Source: Veleropilina oligotropha
Taxonomy: Eukaryota
Direction of reading: 5' to 3'
Length of the DNA: 62,460 nucleotides
Assembly (NCBI GenBank): GCA_048128005.1
Contig: JBEUKZ010000076.1
Location: forward strand, 62,001 to 124,460
The first letter of the stretch is position 1; each line of letters opens with the position of its first letter. The notes under the pieces are model-generated. The model did not search any database. It saw only the letters and a list, made by a program, of their open reading frames with translations, and was not told the origin of the DNA. Made by a program: the position numbers and the translations under genes. This document shows positions 1 to 12,600 of the stretch, one piece after another.

Positions 1-912
<912 letters not shown>

Positions 913-954
913 ATAGGAAACTTAAAATATAGTCCTTTGAATGTTCTTTTTATG

Positions 955-993
955 TAGCAACTAGTTTCGTAACTCTTTGTCACTCATCAGGCA
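955..993 (-). ncRNA. Hammerhead-like motif (third Penelope-like fragment)
   Basis: Minus strand tGC CTGATGA GTGAC-aaaga-GTTAC GAAACTAGTT GC; stem I is weak. Confidence 0.5.
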
Positions 994-1079
994 TATATAC
1001 ATAATAAACATTTTCTCAGACTATATAATACAGTTTACATCAATAGATGATAACAGGATTAAAAACGAAGCTGTGCACA

Positions 1080-2463
1080 AATTACGACAGGTTGCCGAGT
1101 GTCGTACGAACATTTGACGATCATCCAATTATTGTCGGCAACTGCTCGGCGATAATCGACAACCGGTTGCAGATTTGTCGACGATGTTCGTACGACGCTT
1201 GGCAATCTTTTGACGTTTACTAACAACCTCATGTCTAGGGGTATAAATACAGGCTGCCTAGAAGAATATCCCATTATTCCACAAACTGTTGAAGAGGCTA
1301 CAACAGCATGGGTCTTCCAATGCAACCACGACAGCTACAGACAATGGGATTTATGTTGCAACGGGAAGAAGGAGGTGCTGCTGCTGCATTAGCTCTTCTG
1401 GTGCTGATATACCGCAGAAGAATAAGGAAAAGACAAAGACAGTACTTGATGAGACCATGAATTTCCAGAAGGCTCTTTTTAGGGACTATGAAAATCTCAT
1501 GGCTGAGCTGGAAAGAGAATCCCGGGGAGACTTTATTGCCTACCCTAGAATGGAGCCGGTCATGTTTCATGAGCTTATGCAGAGATTAACGCCCAGAAGG
1601 ACCAAGCTTGACATCAATTGGATAAATGCCTTGAAACCTGGACTCAAACTGGCAGTTACTTGTCGCTACCTTGCAACTGGAAATAGCTATCACAGCCTGG
1701 CCTTTGCTTTCAGAGTCGCTCACAACACTATCTCAGTCTTTGTCCGGGAAGTCTGTAAAGCAATTATTGAAGATTATGGCGATGAAATGGTGTCAATTCC
1801 TACCACATAAGATGGATTGCGGTAGTTGAGTGAGACTTTTGGTACCAGATAGAATTTCCACCAGGTGCCACCGATGGGAAACATATTGCAATTAAGTGCC
1901 GAAAGAACTACAAAGAATTCTTCTCCATCATTATCATGGCCCTGGTTGATACCGATTACAAGTTCATCTGGGTGGATATCGGCGCAAATAGATCAAAATT
2001 GGTGTATAACACCACAGATAATATATTTTTACTGTTATATCACGTGGTCAATGACACGTTCGCCGAGCGGTTGTTGGTTAATCGCCGAAAGGTTGTCGAT
2101 GTTCGGCGAATGGTCGGCGACTGATCGTTCATTTTATTCGCCACTTGGTTGGCGATCAGTTGCTGACGATCGCCGACCAGAAGCTGGTCGGCAACCACAG
2201 AAGACCAGTCCGGGAACTGTCGCCCACTATCTTACAACCGATTAAAGACAAGAAAAACCGTTCGCCGATCAACTAGGTCGGCAAAACGTTGTCGTTGCAG
2301 CAGCGACAATCTCCTTACGACCAAAATTCCCAACAACCAGTCGCCGAACACTGACAACCTTTTACAGACTACCAACAACCTTTCTACGACCTCTGACAAC
2401 CAACTACCGACCAGTGGTTGTCGGAGGTCGGCGATCGGTCGTATCGATATTGTGACTGAGGCT
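1080..2463 (+). mobile_element. PIF/Harbinger transposon remnant with decayed transposase (~1380-1990)
   Basis: LAVTCRYLATGNSYHSLAFAFRVAHNTIS (HTH), frameshifted DGKHIAI and SIIIMALVDTDYKFIWVDIG (DDE_Tnp_4-type); right end TGTGACTGAGGC|TTA; left TIR not seen. Confidence 0.8.
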
Positions 2464-3323
2464 TAACCACCATATGCATAAAAGGATAGCGTCGCACTTT
2501 ATAATGGATAAAACTATAGGATTCCATTTGTGGGTTACGGTAACGGTAATGGCAACTGCACTGAACGATATAATCGAAACAGCTGTTTAATGAATGAGTG
2601 TTTACTTTGATGCTGTACGTTTAGCGTATATATAACCAAACGCATGCGGTTATTTCAATCCTCCATGAAACGATTGGTTTGATTTAAAAGAGGTAGTCAG
2701 ACAGTATATTTAGGAAATCCCCGAAAAATTAGCACCGATAGATTCTACGTGTATTCCAAATGGATGGTCATGTATATGTTTTGATGTTTATCTACTTGAG
2801 ATTTGTATTGATATTTTAGCTTTTTAACAGATTGGTCATCTAAAACAAACACACAATCATGTCGCACAAAGTGTTAAACGTGAAAATAACATAATATAAT
2901 TAGTAGCTTACGCCAAAACAATTGTATATTTGATGTGAAGTGCGTTGATTATCGAGAAGCCCAGAAGATCCGTAACGTTTGGAAAAGTATAGCGAGGTCT
3001 ATGGGACAGGAACACGTGAAAGGTAGTGACATGCATGTTATTACTGTAATATATGCGTCAACGGTGTACACATTATATGGATGATACTTAGGAATAAATA
3101 AACGTAATGAGACGCACTCATCGTTCATGCATTTGCTAGCTTTAACCGCATAACCAAATTTTAGTGGAATCATTCCAAACGCAACGTAAACGCACTTGTA
3201 CCCGCAGCTCTAAACGTTGCCGTTACAGTTATCGCACAAATGAAATCCTCAGTTTGAGTTGTTCACTGACTATAGTGCCGCTCAATATTTCATTTCGGGA
3301 TGCGGAATTGATTTGCAGAAATG

Positions 3324-3637
3324 ACGGTGCTCTTTCGGTACTTCCCCCACAGCTCCGGCTTTTATCATATTTAAGGAGCTCCGGCTTTTATTTGTCTTAT
3401 ATTCACGGCCTATGATAAGATACACGTGATGGGTACGTAGTTGTATTGGCTTTACAAATGTATATACACCGGACCGCCCCGTGAGCCTGGACTGACCGAG
3501 GTTCACCTGTTACTAGTCCCAATGGATCTTTAACATTAACGACGCGTCCAAGGTCGTCCTGTTATCGGAGATGAACAACCGGATTTCCAAAGTTGAGTAA
3601 AACCGGAGCTGTGGGGGAAGTACCGAAAGAGCGCCGA
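3324..3637. mobile_element. MITE / foldback element with ~40-bp inverted repeats
   Basis: cggtgctctttcggtacttcccccacagctccgg vs ccggagctgtgggggaagtaccgaaagagcgccg. Confidence 0.6.
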
Positions 3638-4671
3638 AATGACGTTATTTGGATCGATATTTAATGTCGCATTTCTAAACCCGTCAGAGTCATACGTCAT
3701 ACCCAGTCAAGGACTCGAACCCACCCATGTTAAGCAATCAAGCGGCCATCCTTGGTTATTTATGACATTTCTTAAACTCGACGCTTTTTCAACGCCGAAT
3801 TGTTCGTAAATGACTATTTTATATTGTTATTACATCTCAGATGGCAACCTACTGCAAAACTTATATTATCTAAATTTCGGAATTTTGCAAGTCCATGCAA
3901 AACTATATAAATAACATTTCTCGATTTTGCGTTATTAAAACAGCAACACCGTTATTCTGCATTGAATAAAGTTATAACTATATTATGTTATAACTATATT
4001 ATGCAAGCTGCAGCAACTGATAATACATCATTTGAGAGAAGGGTCCATTCACCGAAAACCTGCTCACTTGGTCAGCATTAATTAAGTCATAATCCATTAA
4101 ATGTTCTGGTAGCTATGTACAAAATATATTTTTCTTTGTTTATTAAACATGTATATTTGCAATGAAATGAACTGATATAATTTAGTTATAAGGTAAACTC
4201 GCTGAATTAATACCATGTGGTGATGTCGAAATGGCGTCATTGTGCAAGTAAACAACCACATTGAATGCTGTGTTCTTGTCCAAATTAGTGCGTGGTACTA
4301 ATAATGTACCGACTTGCATAACCTTATTGTATATTTACCATGTACATGACGCTACGCAATGCAGAGTCTATTATCACCCTTCTGTATACTTTAAAAGTTG
4401 TATGAAAGACGAGGAATAATGCCAATCTCGTATACTCCGGCGGACGCCAAAATGACATCAGATAACATCCGAAAACTCTGTGTGACATTTTAGTTATCAC
4501 CACCTCCAAGTAGGTTATGTTATCATCCGTGTCTGTCTGGTAACAAGATTCTGCGAAAAGCTGTGGACGGTTATCGGTGACATATTTGGTGGCTGGATTG
4601 AGCTTGGTCAATGTTCAAACCATTCGAGTTTGGTGTGATGCATGAAGGGATAAGGATGTGATGACGTCATA

Positions 4672-5460
4672 TTAAATAGATTAGATTAAATAGAATTTGG
4701 TTGGGTTTAGAAAGCGCATTACTGCCACTCATATTAAAACCCATTGAGTTGTGTTGTCCTCTATAACCTGCCCTGCTTCTTAAAATGCTCATCTAGGCGA
4801 TTTTTAAATTGGTTTACAGATGTCGATTCCACTACATTATTAGGAAGAGCATTCCATTCATCGACAACCCGATTTGAGAAAAGGTGTTTTCTAACGTCTA
4901 GTCGGAATCTTTTTTTGTAAATCTTGTATTGATGCCCCCGGGTATGCCTTTGGTTCATCTGAAAAAAGAAACTATTGTCAACGTTGTCTTTTCCTGTAAA
5001 CATTTTAAACACCTGAATCATATCACCTCTTATCCTTCTCAAAGATAATGTTATGAGGTTCAGAGCTCTTAGTCTCTCCTCATATGGTAATTCTCTCAAT
5101 TCTCCTATCAATTTTGTGGCTCTTCTTTGAACCTGTTCTAGCATATTGATATCCTTTGCAATATATGGACACCATGCTTGCACTGCATATTCTAAATGCG
5201 GTCTAACCATTTATTTGCATAGGCGAGTTATGATGGCTTTAGATTTAAAATTTCTCTTTATCATTCCCAATATTTGATTTCCTTTTTTGGCTGACTCTGC
5301 ACATTGATTTGATGGTTTGAATGTCTTGTCTACCCATACACCCAAATATTTTTCTTTGGATCTTCTTCTGTTTCGATAATTCTGTACAGCTTGGTATCGT
5401 CTGCAAACTTTTTTACTAGAGATGTAATGACGTCATCAATGTCATTTAAATATATGAGAT
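4672..5460 (-). mobile_element. 5'-truncated CR1-type LINE 3' end
   Basis: VRPHLEYAVQAWCP...LEQVQRRATK...RIRGDMIQVFK...FSNRVVDEWNALP; near-identical to 58660-59580; internal ~155-bp deletion. Confidence 0.9.
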
Positions 5461-6475
5461 ATATTCATTTTAACCGATGGTGTTTTTGTTATCTCGTATT
5501 GCCATTGTATGGTTCGGTAGCTATTTTAATTTTATTTAATAGACACAACGTCGTGATCAACTAAACTCGAAATTAACTAAACAAATTTGTTCCCATTACG
5601 GAATGTGTAGATTCAGTATTCATTGCTACATGTTAATATTTAGATACGACATTTATCGATATTTTACTGTTTCAGAAATTTCGAAAAATATTTCCCTTGA
5701 CGGTATCATTCTAGTCAAACCATTTACATCAATTTGTACAATAATGCTTGAAGGATGTGGAAAGTAAGCATTCCTTACTGAATGGCCTGAATTTTCAAAT
5801 TACCGCATTGCTAGACGTTGTGCTAATAGCTTCAATTAAATAACGCAATAACTCTATTCCCTGTTGCTACAAATGGTTTGGCGCATGTTACGAAGATCAT
5901 GTGAATCAAATTATCATATCAATTTGCAAATGATAACGTTTCTGAGAGCGACCTTTTTGCACCACATTGGCAAACTCTTTCCGCTTAAATTGATGGCAAT
6001 ACAAATTACCTTAATTATATCAGATTTCAGCTATTGTTGCCTGTATTGCGACTAGCAGGGTGAAAGAGTTCAAAAGGTGGTATATGCATGTTTTCTACGC
6101 TTTTTAACTTATCCGTTCAATAGCCATAGTCGCCTTGGGACAATGCGTAATGTGACAGTGAATGAATTTTGATACCCATCGACATAGAAAAGTAGTACAG
6201 ATGCGACATAGAAAAGTAGTACAGATGCTTACAAAATTACTGCCATGAGAGAAGGCCAATTATGTATTGTAGCAGTTACTCAAGATGGATCTGCAGTATA
6301 TTGGATGAGAGCGAGGCTCCCACTTCACCCGACTGCATGCTCTGATTAGCAGGAGTGGATTCGAACCTCGATTTGGCATTTTGATCAATTAACAATCACA
6401 GTCGTCCATAATTGGTCGATGCAGATGGTTCTCCAGGTGATCGAGCTTTCCTTCCGATATAACCTGATATGTATA

Positions 6476-7272
6476 GGTTAGATGGCGGATTAGAAAGTCT
6501 TATCAAAATAGAAGTCGAGCCCGTAGGGCGACATTACTTTTTGATAAGAGTCTACAAGCTGCCGTCTAACCGACTTAGAAGCTAATTTCATATCTCCACA
6601 CAAATTATTTATAATTGTCTAATTTGATAAACTATTTATTTTATCGAAACATATTTATTACAAAATAATTAGCTTTTTTACCAATATATCAAGAAGATCC
6701 ATATTGACATTACAACCTGTCACCCCTATTCTTAATAATGGGTAAGGCATCGCAAACAATAGACCTGCAAAGTACCGTCTTCGGCAATAATTGATGAGAA
6801 ATACCGCGTTCTCATTGGTCGAGAAATGAAATTGGCTTCTAAAACACTGAATATCGCTAAATCCAAATTCAAACCCAACTGTTCAGCTACCTGTGTATCG
6901 TTACTTAACAGTCTGGATTTGATGTGTGCTTTGTGATGCATAAGATATTCCAAGAACAAAATACATTTTGCTGAGTCTCTTGCTGTTGTCGTTATGTGGG
7001 TCCATCGTTTGTTGTAATTTAAAAAAATGATCCCTATAGTCTTTATCGGCCGTCTCGTCTTGTTATGACCGAATATGGTCCATTTAAACGACCACGACTA
7101 GTCGCGAAACCTGTGATTTAATCACAATAGACGTGGTCTTGTTACAAGTGACGTCATCTGCTAAAGACAGCGAAGTTTTGTTTCGTCAATGCTGCAGACG
7201 ATTAGCTGATTTAGGACCATATCTTGATATTCCTCAGCTTTTCAAATATCGAGTTTATTTGCATCTATAATA
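6476..7272 (+). mobile_element. Non-autonomous Crypton-like element (hairpin + subterminal inverted motif)
   Basis: Hairpin GGTTAGATGGC...GCCGTCTAACC 6476-6571 with CCC-GTA-GGG tip, then GAC-TTAGAAGCTAAT; far end ATTTGCATCTAT 7257-7268; shares the AACCGACTTA junction with the 19578 element. Confidence 0.65.
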
Positions 7273-7604
7273 ACCCGTAAGCCGCAGCTGAGGCAGTCCA
7301 TAAGTTTAGTGATAGTTGGACATTGAAGGGCATACAATAAGATTTACAAAAACAAATGAAAACAAAAATGCTATCCAGTGGCGCTCCGTTTTATACGGAT
7401 ATTTTTACTTGCGCTTTGAAAATATTACACAGGACAAACTTCCGAATCAATCTCATTGTGGAAAAATAACGTTAAAATAACCCATCATGTGGAGTCGATG
7501 CTTGTTTGTGACTGACAGCAAACATCTGTGACTACATGGTCGCACCGGTCGTGCAATGGATAACGCGGCTCTGTGTGGCATGAAAGGTCTCTAATCGTAT
7601 GTTG

Positions 7605-7808
7605 GATACGATGTTCACCTAACAGTCGCAGTTGATACGATGTTCACCTAACAGTCGCAGTTGATACGATGTTCACCTAACAGTCGCAGTTGATACGATG
7701 TTCACCTAACAGTCGAAGTTGATACGATGTTCACCTAACAATCGCAGTTGATACGATGTGCACCTAACAGTCGCAGTTGATACGATGTTCACCTAACAGT
7801 CGCAGTTG
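7605..7808. repeat. 29-bp minisatellite x7 inside an old SINE (~7540-7905)
   Basis: Unit GATACGATGTTCACCTAACAGTCGCAGTT. Confidence 0.9.
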
Positions 7809-8185
7809 TCGGTAACTGGCATGTGAGGGCGACGAGTTTCCTTGAGCGATAATATGGACAAGTCCTGATATGACGCCGATGAGTGTTAAACATGAAACAT
7901 CAAACATCGTCCAAACAAAATACTTGAATACATAACCTTCGCCGTGGACGCAAACAATGCATTGGTGGACGCGGAGTAACGCGATGAGCATAGTGTATGT
8001 CCATTGCATACAATGTATGTTCATTAAATTTTTGTATTGTTGGTGTCATTGTTAAACATGAATTATCCCACTCATAATAAAGACGCGAAGGCAGACAACG
8101 CAACCGCCAGAGAAAAGGGAGGCAAATAAAATGCTATAACACCGAAATACGTGGAAGTTTTGGTTTTGTGCAGGTCGTTGCTTAA

Positions 8186-8797
8186 AGATGTATTGCCCGT
8201 AAATATCGCATATTGCTGTACAATGCCTTACCTACATATATGTGGACGTTACAAATGTTTTGATGATTCAAGTTAGATGAACAGACATTGTTTGCTGCTT
8301 TATAACAGAAAATCTCGGCGGAAATCGGTGTTCATCGCTACAAATTGTTCGATCTGTCCGCCATTAATGCGTGCCATGTCTTGCAATTCCAATTCGGGAA
8401 TTTACGATTAATCCATTTTGAGAACACTTTTTATCGAAAAATGCCGACGCTTCGTCAAAAATGAATAATTTATTTATCTAAGTTGCATGAGATGTTACAG
8501 TATTATAAAATAGTAAATCGGTGATAATTTTGCAGCTCAACTTTCCACAATTCCAAAGTAGCTTCGGCAGTGCCCAACTTGATGAAATTTATTTCGGCGA
8601 CGTGTCCGTTACCCAATAATAAAAGCGGACCCGATTTTATTATTTTTAACTTTTAATTCATAGGCGCTCCAGAGACCCAGTCTATAGAATTTTTTGACAA
8701 AATTGCAAAGTTTCTAACTTTAGCTAAGTGGAAAAAATACATTTGCGGTCTTGGGTTTAAAATTAAAAGAGTTTTTCGCTACTTACGGGCAATACAA
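8186..8797. mobile_element. Kolobok-like TTAA-target non-autonomous element
   Basis: ttaa|AGATGTATTGCCCGTAA ... TTACGGGCAATAC; homologous to 41487-42074. Confidence 0.65.
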
Positions 8798-8837
8798 GTC
8801 CGTTTAACATCCATCTGCGTCCTACCGCCGGCACCGA

Positions 8838-8895
8838 TCAGTTATTGGTAACTGTGATCGTTAATCGGATAATTGTTCAGCTAAAGAGTGTAAGT
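8838..8895 (+). promoter_or_regulatory. Candidate contactin core promoter and non-coding first exon (Inr + DPE + splice donor)
   Basis: TCAGTT at 8838-8843 (A = +1 at 8840), GGATA at +28..+32 (8867-8871), donor GTAAGT at 8890; the acceptor at 9599/9600 precedes the ATG exon, so an upstream exon is expected. Confidence 0.45.
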
Positions 8896-9386
8896 ACGTT
8901 TGGTTCGTCAGAGATTTTATCCACGATATCAACAGAACAGGCGACCTCAGATTTTCTGGACTAAATTTAAATAGGAATGCTTGACTTTTAATGATGGAAT
9001 TTTTTGACGATGTACTCTTTTTTGCTGGTCAGTAGTTAGACAATATAACAAGAACGACGCGTTCGGATTATGTCTTGACCTTTGTCTGCATGGACCGTCT
9101 GTTGTATATTAGTGTACGTTAAAGGTTCTTATACAATCTAACATATTCATACGATGTATTTACTTCCATCTCATGATTTTCTGACAGAAAATTTAGTCAC
9201 ACTAAAATGACGTCATAGACGTCATAACTTGGCTTAGGCCATGGCAATTACGCATAAAAATGCCTATAAAAACGATATTTTAAGAAATTTTGTAATGAAA
9301 GTTATATACACGACCTACAAATTACCTTGGGAATGCGTATGCCAATTTTCAGGGTAATTGGTTCAGTAGTTTTCGAGAAAATCAGC

Positions 9387-9486
<100 letters not shown>

Positions 9487-9610
9487 TATATAAGTATATA
9501 CACACGGACCATTTGATAATGTCTTGTCCTTTTTTGTCAAAAAGGTCAAGACATAAAAATGAAAGACCTAAATTAGAATATTTACTATTTGTTTTCAAGG
9601 TGGCTGCATA

Positions 9611-9671
9611 ATGGGAATACACGTGTCTTGGCTTTCTGTATTACTGCCACTCGCTGCCTCTCAGATATTTG
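9611..9671 (+). CDS. Cont: Contactin coding exon 1 (signal peptide [20 protein letters not shown])
   Basis: Acceptor ttttcaag|9600, ATG 9611, hydrophobic leader, donor G|gtaagt; phase 1 fits the next exon. Confidence 0.75.
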
Positions 9672-12600
9672 GTAAGTACACTATCATCGTCACTAATTTT
9701 CAAGAATGAATTGATGTTTCAAAACCACGGAAGAATATCTTGATGACGAAAGAAATAACCGTTGGGCATAATGAAGATATCCCAGCCGGCAAAAGACGTT
9801 GTTACAACGTTGCAAGACGTTGAAACAACGTCATTGACGTTGGTACAACGTTGTAACAACGTCTTTCAACATCCATATATGGATCATGGGTGATGTCTCA
9901 GGTACATCCGATGATTGAACCCCAAGACAAAGGCTTCGCAGTCTGATGTTATGTCCTCTCGGCTATCAGAACACGCGTTCATTTGAATTGGAAACCAATA
10001 AAATTATTTCAATTTCATACAAATATAATAGCCATGAAATCAAACACATGTAGTAAAATAGTAAAACATTAAATATAATAGCTTTGGATAAATATCACCG
10101 AAGAACCATGAAACTACGTTCTCGCGTACCTTTTACTGAATAAATATCTTACTCAATTCACATTTCAGATTGTCCTACAGACTGGGATCAACATAATGAC
10201 CACTGCTACAAATTCCATTTTTATCCCATAAGAAATTATGACGCATCATCAACATCTTGCGCTGTAAGTATGTTTTGTTGTGTATGGATCCTGCTTTGGA
10301 TCACGTAACGTGACATTTTGCGTCATTAGGGGCATATTTGTGCAGGATACAAGGACGGACAATTTCATTGCTTTAGGAAGAGTCCACGCCTCACGCCCAT
10401 TGGACACGATCGTCTAAATAGTAGCATGGGTGGATATCGTGTTCCGTTTGTTGATGAATCTGGGTGTCCAGATCATGTCATGCATGGCCTTTCATGCATT
10501 ATCCATCTCCTTGTTCTGCATCCTTGCAAGTCATACAGGACGATTTGAGTGATGCACGCTCACTGACATCGAGCTGCATGTACTCCGTATCGCTCCATTT
10601 GATTTTGTATAACTATACAGTACGCACAACGCGCATGTAATTTCGTGGCTTCAATTGAAAGATCGGTCATATATATGCTATCTTGTAACAAAAAGTTATT
10701 GCCTTTTGATAAGATGCGTACCAAGGGCCACGTTACACATATTGATATTACCCATATTATACTCATTGCTAGAAGTAGGACTAAAATAATCGAGTAGTTA
10801 ACAAACAATCGAAGACTGCAAGGGAGCGAGACCATAAACCGGGTGTCCCGACTACGATACAGCTGAAAAATTGATAAAAGTGGTCGTAAAACAATGTTGC
10901 CAACCAACCAACCTAGGTACATCCGAAGATCGAACCCCAAAAGCAAGGCTTCGTCGTCTGGGTGTCCAGATCATGTCATGCATGTTCGAACCCCCAAAAT
11001 CAAGGCTTCGTCGTCGGGTTGTTTTACTATAGAAACCAGATATTAAAAGGGTAACAATCATCTATACTAGCTGGGACTCAAATGGCAACTTTAGTAGATA
11101 CATGGAAAATATTCACATACTGTTGTGCGGTGTTGGTGTCTGTAAAACTAACTTGGCTTACCTTGTATTAAAATGTAGCTTGTCACATAATTATTATGAT
11201 TTACGTCAACAGGGCGATGGGGCAAACCTCGTGAGCATAAATAGTTTAGCGGAAAATACGTTTGTGACGAATTGGCTAAAGCGACACGATGGAAATATGT
11301 GAGTTTATATCTTTAGTTTATCATTATTATTATATGTCTAATATATTAACATATGTGCTTATATATACATCAACAATTTCCACTTTTATGCGATTCTTTA
11401 ATTGAGATTATTATTATTAATTTTGTAGCATAGTTTGATATTATGCCACTCACTGGTAAATAATAGTGTCGTATTACAGCCCAGTCCTAAAAGCTTCATT
11501 TTATAAAGTTATCTTACAATATTGGGTACATTATGTGCATGGTTTTATTGTACAAGTTCATGTTTGGAAGTAAAGTGATATTGGACGATATATCGAAATT
11601 GTAACCAATTTTTCATAGCTTAACTTTTACCTTAATATCTTGTATTCCTATATATAAAATATCATCAACAAATTATCTAACTTTACACCACGATGAAACA
11701 GAAAGCTATATCTGTTCTCAGCATCGCATGAAATTGTAAAGAAGTTGTCAATTGCCAAATAATTCAGCTGTACGCAGAGATAAATGCATAATTATCATAA
11801 ATTAACATTTACCCTGTATTGTATTATATACTTACAGTTAATTATGTTTAATTAGTTGATATTTTTTGGTAGATCTTGAGGTTCTCCCATTCTGTTCTTA
11901 ACAGTTTTGGCGATTCAATAATCATTTGCTCTTCAAATCACATGATGATAGAAAATAAAATAATATTGTACCATATATATTTCTTCACAACAATAGATTC
12001 ATGTATATTATTCGCATTTTTTAAATATACAGGATGTCTCAACAATTGTGAGTAATTGCTTTCCAGGAACACATGGTACACGAGTGGTATAGTTGACACC
12101 TTGGATGTTACACAGAATCACTGGAGAGGTGATGGAACGTTGATCCATTCCGATCAGCAATATTGGTTGAGCGACGTTCACAAGGCGAGGACGGGAAGCC
12201 ATATTGTGTACAGACGAGAGCGTAAGAATGTTACTTTAATTTTTGTCAACTTCGATGGAGATCACCAAGAAATTGGACGGATGTGATATTTTAATTCCTA
12301 TTTATGTGACGTTACCTGAATTACTCAATGAAACTTGAACGAATTTGTTTGAAACTCTCAGTAATGATTCTTATGATTTAAGGATGGATTGATGCTTAAT
12401 GTCCTAAATATGTACAATCATCACGTTCAAGGCAGGACATGTCCATATTGTCGCGGGATGAAAGTTCGGTTGCCCGGGGAAACCCGCCTTCTCCGGCCAA
12501 TTACGGATAACTGCGATTGATAACTGAAAAAAGAACGTTAATGCCCTAGCCGAGATTCGAACTCAATCCTGCCAGTCAGGGCAATCGAGCCAATGATTTC

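Noticed and set aside
4028..4090. Possible further hammerhead or PLE end (tttgagagaagggtcc...ccgaaaacc)
   Set aside because: The core does not match CUGANGA and the stems do not pair convincingly.
12033..12047. Possible 15-nt micro-exon (tacag|gatgtctcaacaatt|gtgagt)
   Set aside because: The following intron would be only 19 nt, and extending the exon from this acceptor hits TGA.
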